42,690 bases of DNA from Candidatus Nanopelagicales bacterium (GTDB taxonomy: Bacteria; Actinomycetota; Actinomycetes; S36-B12): positions 1 through 42,690 of the forward strand of contig JBIIJX010000002.1 in NCBI GenBank assembly GCA_044233495.1. The letters are read 5' to 3'. The position numbers and the translations under genes are program-made. Every line of letters begins with the position of its first letter. The stretch's first letter is position 1. Below the pieces are notes generated by a model. The model saw nothing but the letters and a program-made list of their open reading frames with translations. It ran no database searches and had not been told where the DNA came from. Below, piece after piece: positions 8,142 to 18,236 of the stretch.

Positions 8142-9236
8142 ATGCATCGATCGATCCACAGGACAGCCACGGTGATCGCCGGTGCTGCCGCGGCGGCGCT
8201 CGTGCTGTCCGCCTGCGGGGGAGGCGGCAGCGCGGGAGCAGATCTTGATCCCGAAGCCGACCTGAGCCAGCAGTCGCTCACGGTGTCCAACTGGGGCGGC
8301 TACTACCCGGAGGACCTCGCGGAGAAGTTCAAGGCAGCCGTCGGCACGCCGATGGAGATCACGAACCACGCCACGAACGAGGAGATCATGGCGAAGCTCA
8401 CCGCTGGCGGTGACTCCGGCATCGACGTCGCCTTCGTCTCCGGCCAGTTCGCCCAGGCCCTGAACGAGGCCGGACTTGTCGAGCCCATCAACGGCGAGTT
8501 CGTGCCGAACATGAAGAACCTCTACCCCGAGGCGCAGGAGCTCTCCTACGACCCGGGCAACAAGTTCTCCGTGCCCTACGCCTGGGGCACAACCGGCATC
8601 TGCTACCGCAGCGACCTCGTCGACGAGCCCACGAGCTGGAACGACATCCTCGAGCCGAGCGACGAGAACAAGGGCAAGGTCACGGCTCTGGCCACCGAGC
8701 GCTGGCTGATGCTCCCGGCCCAGAAGGCCCTCGGCTTCTCGGCGAACACGACCGACGAGGGCGAGATGCAGCAGGTCAAGGACAAGCTCATCGCGGCCAA
8801 GCCGAACCTGCTCGCCTACGACGACACCACGTTCTACTCGCGCCTGGTTTCGGGCGAGGCCAACATGGTCGTGGCGTGGGATGGCTGGTGCAACTACGGC
8901 ACCGCTGAGGATCCGAACATCAAGTTCACCATCCCCAAGGAGGGCTCCGACCTCTGGGCGGACACGATGGTCATCCTCAAGACGTCCAAGAACAAGGAGG
9001 CGGCGCACGCCTTCATCAACTACATCCTCGATCCGGTCAACCACGCCTGGGTCGCGGAGAACATCCTCTACAAGGTGCCCAACGCCCCGGCCATGGAGGC
9101 GGTCGCCGGTCTCGCGACCGACTACCCGAACATGGGCCTGGCGCCGGCCGACCTGCTGAAGCAGGAGTCGCTGGTCGACCTCGGTGAGGCAGGACCGATG
9201 TACACCGAGATCGCCACCGAGGTCACGTCAAGCTAG
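8142..9236 (+). CDS. ABC transporter substrate-binding lipoprotein, spermidine/putrescine (PotD/PotF) family
   Basis: ATG 8142 after the GAAGGGGAAACC RBS. Signal peptide with lipobox LSAC. Family-1 solute-binding protein resembling PotD/PotF. Confidence 0.85.
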   Translation: MHRSIHRTATVIAGAAAAALVLSACGGGGSAGADLDPEADLSQQSLTVSNWGGYYPEDLAEKFKAAVGTPMEITNHATNEEIMAKLTAGGDSGIDVAFVSGQFAQALNEAGLVEPINGEFVPNMKNLYPEAQELSYDPGNKFSVPYAWGTTGICYRSDLVDEPTSWNDILEPSDENKGKVTALATERWLMLPAQKALGFSANTTDEGEMQQVKDKLIAAKPNLLAYDDTTFYSRLVSGEANMVVAWDGWCNYGTAEDPNIKFTIPKEGSDLWADTMVILKTSKNKEAAHAFINYILDPVNHAWVAENILYKVPNAPAMEAVAGLATDYPNMGLAPADLLKQESLVDLGEAGPMYTEIATEVTSS

Positions 9237-9240
9237 ACGC

Positions 9241-10143
9241 GTGACCACGACCGAAGTGCGCTCCTCAGGGCGCGGCGCCACCCGGCGCCGCGCCCTGAGT
9301 GCGCGCGCGGTCTTCGCAGGGCCGGGGCTGCTGTACGTCACGCTGTTCATGACGCTGCCGCTGCTGCTGATCCTCGTGTACTCGTTCCTCGACCGCGGCC
9401 GGTTCGGCGGCGTCGTCTGGGAGTTCACCTTCGAGAACTACGCGCGGGCCTTCGAGCCGGTATACCTCAAGGTGTTCGGCACGTCGATCGTCATCGCCGG
9501 GGCGGCCACCGTGCTCGCGCTGGCTCTTGGCTACCCGACGGCGTACGCGATCACGCGGTTGTCACCGCGCTGGCGAACGGTGGCCCTCGTCCTCGTCGTC
9601 CTGCCGTTCTGGACGAACTTCCTGATCCGCACCTACGCCTGGATCGTGCTGCTCAACACCGAGGGCCCGGTGAACACCGCACTTGTCGACCTCGGCGTCA
9701 TCGCGGCGCCGATCGGCCTGCTCTACACCCCCGGTGCCGTCGTCGTGGGCCTTCTCTACGCGTACCTGCCCCTCGTCGTGCTCCCGGTGTACGCCTCCCT
9801 CGAGCGGGTGGACCGCCAGCTCATCGAGGCGGCCACCAACCTCGGCGCGAGCCGCACCAGGGCCTTCCTCGACGTGACCCTGCCGCTGACCCTGCCCGGC
9901 GCGATGATCGGCGCGATCTTCGTGTTCGTGCCGAGCCTGGGCAACTTCGTGGTACCCGAGCTCCTCGGCGGCGGAAAGACCATCATGGTCGGCAACCTGA
10001 TCCGCGACCAGTTCCTCGAAGCCCGAGACTGGCCGTTCGGATCGGTCTTCGCCCTCTTCGTCGTCGCTCTGCTCGTGGCGCTGTTCGCCCTGCAGGCCGT
10101 CATCTCCCGGCGCATCAACGGACGCGGGAGGGCACGTGCCTAG
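9241..10143 (+). CDS. ABC transporter permease (PotB-like)
   Basis: GTG 9241, 5 nt after the upstream stop. Multi-TM protein. EAA loop IEAATNLGASRTRAFLDVTLP. Confidence 0.85.
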   Translation: MTTTEVRSSGRGATRRRALSARAVFAGPGLLYVTLFMTLPLLLILVYSFLDRGRFGGVVWEFTFENYARAFEPVYLKVFGTSIVIAGAATVLALALGYPTAYAITRLSPRWRTVALVLVVLPFWTNFLIRTYAWIVLLNTEGPVNTALVDLGVIAAPIGLLYTPGAVVVGLLYAYLPLVVLPVYASLERVDRQLIEAATNLGASRTRAFLDVTLPLTLPGAMIGAIFVFVPSLGNFVVPELLGGGKTIMVGNLIRDQFLEARDWPFGSVFALFVVALLVALFALQAVISRRINGRGRARA

Positions 10144-10906
10144 GGTCGGCTGGCTCCGCGTACCGCTCGTCATCACGTTCGGCTTCCTCTACCTGCCCAT
10201 CGCCGTGCTCGTCGTCATGAGCTTCAATGCGAGCAAGACGCCGTTCGTCTGGACCGGATTCTCGACGAAGTGGTACGGCGAGCTGCTGAACAACGAGGTC
10301 ATCAGGGAGGGCTTCGTCAACACGATGATCGTCGCGATCGGTGCGACGGTGCTCGCTACGGTCCTCGGCACCCTGCTCGCGATCGGCGTCGCCCGGCACT
10401 TCCGCTCCGCCATCGTGGAGGCCTACTCCCTGGCGCCGGCGATCATCCCCGACCTCGCCCTCGCCATCGGCCTGCTCGCGCTCTTCGGGATGCTCGGGGT
10501 CACCCTCAGCCTGTTCTCCGTGCTCCTCAGCCATGTGGTCTTCGGCATGGCGTTCGTCGCCGCAGTGGTGATCGCCCGCCTTGGTCAGACGGACGCGAGC
10601 CTGGAGGAGGCCAGCCGCGACCTCGGCGCGGGGGCAGCCACCACGTTCGTGCGCATCACCCTGCCCGGCCTGGCGCCGGCCATCATCGCGGGCGCCCTGC
10701 TGGTGTTCACCCTCAGCCTCGACGAGTTCGTCATCGCCTACTTCACCGACGGCCCCTCGACTCCCACCCTGCCGATCGTCATCTACTCGATGGTGCGCTT
10801 CGGCGTGACCCCTGAGATCAACGCCCTGGCTGCCCTGCTGCTGCTGGTCAGCTTCACCATCGTGCTCTCCGCCCAGCGGATCACCCGACTCACGGACTCG
10901 GTATGA
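10136..10906 (+). CDS. ABC transporter permease (PotC-like)
   Basis: Six hydrophobic spans. EAA loop LEEASRDLGAGAATTFVRITLP. It overlaps both neighbours. Confidence 0.85.
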   Translation: MPRVGWLRVPLVITFGFLYLPIAVLVVMSFNASKTPFVWTGFSTKWYGELLNNEVIREGFVNTMIVAIGATVLATVLGTLLAIGVARHFRSAIVEAYSLAPAIIPDLALAIGLLALFGMLGVTLSLFSVLLSHVVFGMAFVAAVVIARLGQTDASLEEASRDLGAGAATTFVRITLPGLAPAIIAGALLVFTLSLDEFVIAYFTDGPSTPTLPIVIYSMVRFGVTPEINALAALLLLVSFTIVLSAQRITRLTDSV

Positions 10907-11985
10907 CTGCGCTCCTGACCATCGATCACGTCTCCAAGGCCTACGGCTCGATCACGGCACTCGACGACGTCACGATCGACATCCGCTCCAATGAGTTCTT
11001 CGCCCTGCTCGGTCCGTCGGGCTGCGGCAAGACGACGCTGTTGCGCTGCATCGCCGGCTTCGAGGATCCCGATGCCGGATCCATCGCGATCGACTCCACG
11101 ACGGGGGCGACGACCGACCTCCTTGCCCTGCCGCCCAACAAGCGTCCTGTCAACCTGATGTTCCAGTCATACGCCCTCTTCCCGCACATGAACGTGCAGC
11201 GCAACGTGGCCTACGGCCTGGAGCGCGAGGGACTGCCCCGCAGCGAGATCACCGCGCGCGTGGGTGAGGTGCTCGAGACGGTCGGCCTGACCGACAAGGC
11301 CAAGGCGCGGCCCGCACAGCTGTCGGGGGGCCAGCGGCAGCGCGTCGCACTCGCTCGCGCGATCGTCAAGCGGCCTCGACTGCTCCTCCTCGACGAGCCC
11401 CTGTCGGCGCTCGACCGCAAGGTGCGGGCCGAGATGCAGCTGGAGCTCAAGCGCCTGCAGCACGAGGTCGGCATCACCTTCGTGGTCGTCACGCACGATC
11501 AGGAGGAGGCCATGAGCATGGCCGACACGATCGCCGTGATGCACGAGGGACGTGTGCAGCAGGTCGCCGATCCCGTCACCCTCTACAGCCGTCCTGCCAA
11601 CGTCTTCGTGGCCGGCTTCATCGGCGACGGCACCCTCATCCCGGGCACCGCGATGGCGGGCGCCTTCACCGCACTCGGGCGCACCCTCCCGTGCTCGGAT
11701 CCCGGTTCGGTGTCGGGTGCCGCTGTCGTCCTGGTGCGACCGGAGTCGATCTCGATCAGGTCGTCATCGGAGCCCGGTGCGGTGCTCGAGGGCACCGTCG
11801 TCGAGACGCACTTCTTCGGCGGATCCTCGACCACAGTCGTGCGCGTCACCGGACTCGACGCACCGGTCATCGCGAGCAGCCCGGGTGCGCCCACGCACAC
11901 GGTAGGCGAGCACGTCGGCATCACCTGGGCTGCAGAGGCCGCCGTTCTGGTCGCCGCGACGCCAACCGCCGCGGAGGCGCCGTGA
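10903..11985 (+). CDS. ABC transporter ATP-binding protein (PotA-like)
   Basis: Walker A GPSGCGKTT, signature LSGGQRQRVALARA, Walker B LLLLDEPLSALD. ATGA overlap with the permease gene. Confidence 0.9.
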   Translation: MTALLTIDHVSKAYGSITALDDVTIDIRSNEFFALLGPSGCGKTTLLRCIAGFEDPDAGSIAIDSTTGATTDLLALPPNKRPVNLMFQSYALFPHMNVQRNVAYGLEREGLPRSEITARVGEVLETVGLTDKAKARPAQLSGGQRQRVALARAIVKRPRLLLLDEPLSALDRKVRAEMQLELKRLQHEVGITFVVVTHDQEEAMSMADTIAVMHEGRVQQVADPVTLYSRPANVFVAGFIGDGTLIPGTAMAGAFTALGRTLPCSDPGSVSGAAVVLVRPESISIRSSSEPGAVLEGTVVETHFFGGSSTTVVRVTGLDAPVIASSPGAPTHTVGEHVGITWAAEAAVLVAATPTAAEAP

Positions 11986-13403
11986 CGATCACGTCCCCGG
12001 GTACGCAGTCCGCCGCGCAGGCCTCGCTCGTCGACACAGAGCAGAGGGTGTTCTGGACGGACCAGCCCGGCGCACCCGATCCCGAGCCGCCCCTGGTCAC
12101 GCGCACCGTGGCGGACCTCGTCGTCGTGGGTGGTGGATTCACCGGCCTGTGGACCGCGATCTGCGCGAAGGAGGAGGACCCGTCCCGCGACGTGCTGCTG
12201 CTGGAGGCCGCCACGATCGCGCACGGCGGCAGCGGACGCAACGGTGGCTTCATCTCCGCGTCGCTGACCCACGGCATCGCCCACGGAGAGGCCCTGTGGC
12301 CGAGCGAGATGGGCACCCTGATGCGACTCGGGCGCGAGAACCTGCAGCAGATCGCCGACTTCGTCGCGTCCGAGGGCATCGATGCGCGACTGACCCTGGT
12401 GGGCAAGACGGCGGTGGCGCTCACCCCGCATGCACTCCAGCAGCTTCCGACGATGCGCGACCAGCACCTGCGATGGGGCGAGGACGTCCAACTGCTCGAC
12501 GAGCAGGCGATGCAGTCCGACGTGCACTCGCCGACCTACCTCGGTGGCCTGCGGGTGCGCACCGGCAGCGGTCTGATGGATCCGGCTCGGCTCAGCTGGG
12601 GCCTGAAGGCGGCTGCTCTCCGCCGTGGGGTGCGCATCCACGAGGGCACTCCCGTCGTGGCCGTGGTGGCGCAGGCCAAGGACGCCGTCGTGGTGCGCAC
12701 GCCTGCAGCAGAGGTTGTGGCGCGGCGTGTCGTCCTCGCCACCAACGGGTTCAAGCCGCTGCTCAAGCGCCTTCGCTGGCGCGTGCTGCCGATCTACGAC
12801 CACGTGCTCGTGACCGAGCCGCTGACGCCGTCGCAGTGGTCGAGCATCGGCTGGCACCAGGAGCAGGGCCTGACGGACACGGGCAACCAGTTCCACTACT
12901 ACCGGCGCACCCCGGACGGTCGCATCCTGTGGGGCGGCTACGACGCCATCTACTACCGCGGCAACCGCACCGATCCGGCGTTGGAAGACCGCCCATCCAG
13001 CCACAGCCTGCTCGCCCGTCAGTTCTTCGACACCTTCCCCCAGCTCGAGGGACTGCGCTTCACCCACAAGTGGGCAGGCCTGATCGACTCGACGTCGCGG
13101 TTCACCCCGGTGATCGGCACGGCGATGAACGGCCGGCTCGCCTATGCCGTCGGCTACACCGGGCTGGGCACCGCTGCTAGCCGGTTCGGGGCCCAGACGA
13201 TGCTCGACCTCCTCGGCGGGCGCCGCACCGAGCGCACCGGGCTGCAGATCGTGCGGCGCAAGCCGTTCCCCTTCCCGCCCGAGCCCCTGCGCTTCCCGCT
13301 CGTGCAGTTCACCCGATCACGGCTGGCCCGCGAGGACGTCACCGGCCGCCGTGGCCTGTGGCTGTCGACCCTCGACCGATTCGGCCTCGGCTTCAACAGC
13401 TAG
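11982..13403 (+). CDS. FAD-dependent oxidoreductase (DAO family, PuuB-like)
   Basis: GTG 11982 overlaps the ATPase stop (GTGA). Dinucleotide fold DLVVVGGGFTGLWTA. The upstream part of ORF 11691..13403 is a shadow of the ATPase gene. Confidence 0.8.
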   Translation: MTITSPGTQSAAQASLVDTEQRVFWTDQPGAPDPEPPLVTRTVADLVVVGGGFTGLWTAICAKEEDPSRDVLLLEAATIAHGGSGRNGGFISASLTHGIAHGEALWPSEMGTLMRLGRENLQQIADFVASEGIDARLTLVGKTAVALTPHALQQLPTMRDQHLRWGEDVQLLDEQAMQSDVHSPTYLGGLRVRTGSGLMDPARLSWGLKAAALRRGVRIHEGTPVVAVVAQAKDAVVVRTPAAEVVARRVVLATNGFKPLLKRLRWRVLPIYDHVLVTEPLTPSQWSSIGWHQEQGLTDTGNQFHYYRRTPDGRILWGGYDAIYYRGNRTDPALEDRPSSHSLLARQFFDTFPQLEGLRFTHKWAGLIDSTSRFTPVIGTAMNGRLAYAVGYTGLGTAASRFGAQTMLDLLGGRRTERTGLQIVRRKPFPFPPEPLRFPLVQFTRSRLAREDVTGRRGLWLSTLDRFGLGFNS

Positions 13404-13410
13404 GAGATCC

Positions 13411-14871
13411 GTGACCAGCAACGGAGTGCACATCGCGGGCGTCAGCAGACTCGGGCACGGGGCGGTGCGCACCCTCGTCGACCCGGCCACGGGCGCGGCC
13501 GTCGACGAGATCGGAGAGGGATCGGTCGCCGATCTCGACCTCGCGGTGGACGCCGCCCTCGATGCGCAGGCGGCCTGGGCTGCGCGCACGCCGGGCGAGC
13601 GCGCCGCGGTGCTGCTCGATCTCGCGGATGCCATCGAGGCGGACGCCGAGCTGCTCACCAGGATGGAAGTGGAGGAGACGGGCAAGCCGCGCGCCGTGTT
13701 CCACGACGGCGAGCTGCCGTTCGCCGTCGACAACCTGCGCTTCTTCGCGGGTGCAGCGCGATCCCTCGAGGGCACCGCGGCCGCCCAGCTCAGCCACGGC
13801 TACACCTCGATGCTGATGCGCAGGCCCGTCGGCGTCATCGGATCGATCGCTCCGTGGAACTTCCCCTTCATCATGGCGATCTGGAAGGTCGGGCCGGCCC
13901 TGGCGACGGGCAATGCCGTCGTCCTCAAGCCCGCACCGCTCACCCCGCGCACCAGCATCCGACTGGCCGAGCTCGCCGTCTCGGCCGGGCTTCCGGCCGG
14001 GCTCCTCAACGTGGTCACCGGCGGCAGCGAGGTCGGCGAGGCGCTGGTGCGCAGCGACGGCACGGGGATGGTCTCGCTCACCGGATCGACGCGGGCCGGT
14101 CAGGCAGTGATGGCAGCGGCCGCCGGCTCGGTCAAGCGGCTGCACCTCGAGCTCGGCGGCAAGGCGCCCGCCCTCGTCTTCCCCGACGCCGACATCGACG
14201 CCATGGCACGGGCACTCGCCCTCGGAGCCACCTATAACTCTGGCCAGGACTGCACGGCTGCCACCCGGGTCTACGCACATCGCGACGTGTACGCCGACGT
14301 CGTGGATGCCCTGGCGACTGTGCTCGGCGGTATCAGGGTCGGAGACCCGTGGGCGGCGGACACCGACATCGGCCCGCTGATCTCCGCCAGCCACCGTGAT
14401 CACGTGCATGGCTTCGTGACGCGTGCGCGAACGTCGGGAGCACGGACGGTCGTGGGCGGTGACGTACCGGATTCCGCCGGCTCGTTCTACCCGCCCACCC
14501 TCGTCGTCGATGCCGCGCAGCGCAGCGAGATCGTGCAGGACGAGGTCTTCGGCCCGGTGCTCGTCGTCGTCCCGTTCGACGACGAGTCCGACGCCCTCGC
14601 GCTGGCCAACGACTCGCGCTACGGCCTCGCGAGCTCGGTGTGGACGAGCGACGTCGGGCGTGCCCTTCGGGTGAGCCAGGCCATCGAGGCCGGCGTCACG
14701 TGGGTCAACGACCACCTGCCCATCGCGTCCGAGGCGCCGCACGGCGGGGTGAAGGCGAGCGGATTCGGCAAGGACATGAGTCACGAGTCGCTTCTGGAGT
14801 ACACCGTGACGCACCACATCATGGTCAAGCACGCCATGCCCGTCGTGCACGACTCCTTCCGGCCGGCATGA
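13411..14871 (+). CDS. NAD(P)-dependent aldehyde dehydrogenase (aminobutyraldehyde dehydrogenase-like)
   Basis: GTG 13411 after the TAGGAG RBS. Catalytic ELGGKAP and GQDCTAATR motifs. IAPWNFP motif also present. Confidence 0.9.
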   Translation: MTSNGVHIAGVSRLGHGAVRTLVDPATGAAVDEIGEGSVADLDLAVDAALDAQAAWAARTPGERAAVLLDLADAIEADAELLTRMEVEETGKPRAVFHDGELPFAVDNLRFFAGAARSLEGTAAAQLSHGYTSMLMRRPVGVIGSIAPWNFPFIMAIWKVGPALATGNAVVLKPAPLTPRTSIRLAELAVSAGLPAGLLNVVTGGSEVGEALVRSDGTGMVSLTGSTRAGQAVMAAAAGSVKRLHLELGGKAPALVFPDADIDAMARALALGATYNSGQDCTAATRVYAHRDVYADVVDALATVLGGIRVGDPWAADTDIGPLISASHRDHVHGFVTRARTSGARTVVGGDVPDSAGSFYPPTLVVDAAQRSEIVQDEVFGPVLVVVPFDDESDALALANDSRYGLASSVWTSDVGRALRVSQAIEAGVTWVNDHLPIASEAPHGGVKASGFGKDMSHESLLEYTVTHHIMVKHAMPVVHDSFRPA

Positions 14872-14893
14872 CGTCCACGCCTACTCTTGGCGA

Positions 14894-15676
14894 GTGACCA
14901 TCGAGGTCGTGGCTCATCGCGGAGCCAATGACGAGGAGCCGGAGCACTCCCTCGCCGCGTACCTGCGCGCCGTCGAGCAGGGAGCCGATGCGATCGAGTG
15001 CGACGTACGCCTGACCGCCGACGGCACCCTCGTCTGCGTGCACGATCGGCGCATAGACCGCACCAGCACCGGAACTGGCCCGGTGAGCGCGATGACCCTT
15101 GACGAGCTCGCGCAGCACGACTACAGCCGGAGCCACGAACGCTGGTTCGACTACGAGCTGCCGGCGGACGAGTTGCGCACCGCGGTGCTCACGCTCGAGC
15201 GACTGCTCACGACGATGATGGACGCCTCGGCCACCGTCCGCTTCGCGATCGAGACCAAGCATCCGGTGCGATACGGAGGCTACGTCGAGCAGGAGCTGGC
15301 CGACGTGCTTCGACGCTTCGGGCTCGACTCGCCCGTCGACGGCCGTCCCCCGCGCGCGAGGGTGATGTCCTTCAGTCGGATGGCCGTGCGTCGTTCGCAG
15401 CGCCTGCTGCCGCACGTTCCGACGGTGTACCTGATGGACCCGGTCTGGCGTTGGCATCGGAACGGCTCACTGCCGAAGGGGGTCGGCATCTCCGGGCCGT
15501 CCATCGAGACCCTGCGCGAGCACCCGCACTATGTCGAGCGCCTTCATGAACGAGGGCATCGCGTGCACGTGTGGACGGTCGACGCCGACGCCGACATCGA
15601 CCTGTGCGTCGAGCTCGGCGTCGATGCCATCATCAGCAACCGACCTGGCCACGTCCTCCAGCGGCTGGGCCGCTGA
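14894..15676 (+). CDS. glycerophosphodiester phosphodiesterase (GDPD family)
   Basis: VAHRGANDEEPEHSLAAY and ECDVRLTADGTLVCVHD motifs. Confidence 0.85.
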   Translation: MTIEVVAHRGANDEEPEHSLAAYLRAVEQGADAIECDVRLTADGTLVCVHDRRIDRTSTGTGPVSAMTLDELAQHDYSRSHERWFDYELPADELRTAVLTLERLLTTMMDASATVRFAIETKHPVRYGGYVEQELADVLRRFGLDSPVDGRPPRARVMSFSRMAVRRSQRLLPHVPTVYLMDPVWRWHRNGSLPKGVGISGPSIETLREHPHYVERLHERGHRVHVWTVDADADIDLCVELGVDAIISNRPGHVLQRLGR

Positions 15677-15721
15677 CACTCGACCGAACCCAGCCCGGCC
15701 CAGCCCGGTAGGTTTCCGCCC

Positions 15722-16675
15722 ATGGCCAAGAAGAACCGCTCCCCGAAGGCATCCGCGACCGCATCCGATGCCGAGGTGCCTGTCGTCGGGATGCGTGAGC
15801 CGTGCCCATGCGGCTCCGGCCGTCGCTACAAGGCGTGCCACGGCCGCTCCGCGTCCGCGGTGTTCGTCGGCCCGACTCGACCCTTCGAGGGCATCGCCTC
15901 GGAGTGCGATCTGGTCGCGATGCGCGAGATCATCCCCGCGGCGACGGCGAAGCTGACCCTCGCGGGCGAGCACGCCGACCGCGACGTCACCCTCGCGACG
16001 GTGCTGCCCATGGCATGGCCGGCACTCGTGCGCGCAGACGGCTCCATCATGCTCGGTCTGCAGGTCAACGTGGGGTCAGGCGACGCCAGCCGGGATCTCG
16101 CCGATGCCCTGCTGTCAGCCCTGGAGGCCGAACCGGGCGAGCCCGTCGCGCTGAACCGCGTCACCGAGGACTCCCCACGCCTGCAGGACCTGATCGACAT
16201 CGACGCACCGCTCGACATCACCGTGCACGAGAGCTTCGACTTCTGGGTCGAGGGCGCGGGCGAGGTCGCACCGGAGGTCAAGGCCTCCCTCGAGCGGGCG
16301 AGTGCCTACGCCCACCCGACGGTGAAGCTCGCGAGCGTGCCCTCGGCCTACTGGACGCAGATGGGCGAGAAGGAGCATGTGCGCTGGGTCATGCCGCAGG
16401 ACGAGGAGCAGGTGCTGAACGCGCTTTCCCGGCTGCACGCCGCTGGCGAGGACTCCCTGGGTGAAGGCTCCCGCTTCGTCGGCATGTTCCGGTTCCAGGG
16501 CGTCGTGTGCCCGGTGTGGGATCTCCCGCTGGGCACGGGTGCGGCCGGTGTCGAGGAGGCGGCACGCGAGTTCGGCGCCCGCTTCGACGCAGCGCTCGCG
16601 TCTGCCGAGCCGCTGACCAATGAGGAGCGACGCGCCCGCGCCGGCATCACGACTCGCCAGGTGACCCTGAGGTAG
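15722..16675 (+). CDS. SEC-C metal-binding-motif protein (conserved actinobacterial, DUF5926-like)
   Basis: N-terminal CPCGSGRRYKACHG SEC-C motif followed by about 270 aa of conserved-looking globular sequence. Confidence 0.7.
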   Translation: MAKKNRSPKASATASDAEVPVVGMREPCPCGSGRRYKACHGRSASAVFVGPTRPFEGIASECDLVAMREIIPAATAKLTLAGEHADRDVTLATVLPMAWPALVRADGSIMLGLQVNVGSGDASRDLADALLSALEAEPGEPVALNRVTEDSPRLQDLIDIDAPLDITVHESFDFWVEGAGEVAPEVKASLERASAYAHPTVKLASVPSAYWTQMGEKEHVRWVMPQDEEQVLNALSRLHAAGEDSLGEGSRFVGMFRFQGVVCPVWDLPLGTGAAGVEEAAREFGARFDAALASAEPLTNEERRARAGITTRQVTLR

Positions 16676-18227
16676 CGCTCCCCTGCGGCGATCCGTCCTC
16701 GTGCTGCTCGTCGCGCCTTCGTCCGTGCATCCCGAGCACGAAGACCATGCCCGCGCCCAGCGCCATGGCGACCCCGAACAGCGCCTTGGCCTCGAGGGCA
16801 TCGATCATCGCGGTCTTCTGGATCTGACTGACCTCATCGACCTCGGCCGAGGGCTGGGGCGGCTGGGCGTCCTGACCCGACGACGTGGAGTCCGCGAGTT
16901 CCTGCGCGATCTGGTTGGCGGTGGTGGTGTCGAGTCCCGCTGCAGTGGCGCCGGAGTCCAGCGACGTCTGGTACGTCGAGAACACCAGGGTGCCCACGAC
17001 GAGGGAGGCGACGGCCGAGCCGACGCGCGACGAGGCCGCGCGATACGAGGACATCGTCCCGGACTCGGAGGAGGGTGCGGAGTCCATCACCGAATTGGAC
17101 ATGATGACGGTGACGACTGAGGTGATCAGGCTGAAGGCCGCCATGAGGATGGCGGTTAGCACCACGCCACCGGTCCCGCCGGTGCCGACGAGCAGGAACG
17201 ACGCCTCCGCAGCGGCCAGGGCAAGGAAGGCGAGGAGCCCGGCACTTGTGAGCCCGATCCTGATGATCACCCGTGATGCGAGCTTCGCCCCGATGATTCC
17301 CGTCAACTGGGCGGGAATCATGATCAGGGAGATCTGCAGTGCTGTGAGGCCGAACAGGTACTGGAACAGCAGGTAGGTGGTGTACCACATGCTGGCAAGG
17401 GGAATGACCAGCGTTGCCACGAGCAGCATCACGCTGCGGCTGCGGCGGAGCGGACCGAAGGACAGCGACGGATTCTTCAGCGCCCGATGCACGGCCCACA
17501 GAGCGACGATCGAACCGACGGCCAGAGCCAGGCGGATCAGGGTCGTGGATGACGCGAGGCCGTCGTTGCTCATCGCGTTCAGCACCTGCGTCACGCATAC
17601 GAGTGCCACGCCAGCCAGAATCGGCGTGATCATCTCGCCTGCCTCGCGGCTGCCGGTCTCCTTCGGCATCAGCCGTGCGGTGACCAGGAGGGCGAGGATG
17701 CCCGAGGCGAGCCACATCAGCACGACATAGCGCCACGAGAGGTAGGTCACGAAGGCACCGGCGACGAGTGGCGCGACGAGGAACACCAGCGGTGAGACGA
17801 GGCCGAGCGTGCCGAATGCCTTCGCGCGCTCAGTCGCACCCTGTGTCGACGAGCTCAGCAGTGAGAGGGAAAGGACGATCATCATCGATGTGCCGGCGCT
17901 CATCAGGGTCAGGCCGGTGACGGACAGCAGCTCGTTGGTGGATACACCCGTCAGGGCGGCGCCGGCGATCATGAGTAGGGTGCCCCACGAGAGCGCGCGA
18001 CGACGGCCGACGCGATCACCGAGCAGGCCGGCGATGAAGACGACGAAGACGGTGGCCATGCCCGGGATGAACTTCAGCTGCGTGGTCTGGCTGGGGTCGA
18101 GGGAGAACTCCTGCGCCATCGGATCGAGGATGTAGTTGCTGGAGGCCCCGAGGGCCATGCCGGCACCGGTGACGACACAGGCGGTGATGACCGCGTTGCG
18201 CCGAATGACGTCCGGTTCCGAACCCAC
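16647..18227 (-). CDS. MFS transporter
   Basis: About 14 hydrophobic spans. MFS motif A LLGDRVGRRRAL. A long hydrophilic insert precedes the last TM. GTG start at 18227. 29-nt convergent overlap with the SEC-C gene. Confidence 0.8.
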   Translation of the reverse strand: MGSEPDVIRRNAVITACVVTGAGMALGASSNYILDPMAQEFSLDPSQTTQLKFIPGMATVFVVFIAGLLGDRVGRRRALSWGTLLMIAGAALTGVSTNELLSVTGLTLMSAGTSMMIVLSLSLLSSSTQGATERAKAFGTLGLVSPLVFLVAPLVAGAFVTYLSWRYVVLMWLASGILALLVTARLMPKETGSREAGEMITPILAGVALVCVTQVLNAMSNDGLASSTTLIRLALAVGSIVALWAVHRALKNPSLSFGPLRRSRSVMLLVATLVIPLASMWYTTYLLFQYLFGLTALQISLIMIPAQLTGIIGAKLASRVIIRIGLTSAGLLAFLALAAAEASFLLVGTGGTGGVVLTAILMAAFSLITSVVTVIMSNSVMDSAPSSESGTMSSYRAASSRVGSAVASLVVGTLVFSTYQTSLDSGATAAGLDTTTANQIAQELADSTSSGQDAQPPQPSAEVDEVSQIQKTAMIDALEAKALFGVAMALGAGMVFVLGMHGRRRDEQHEDGSPQGSATSGSPGES

Positions 18228-18236
18228 GCCGGAACC

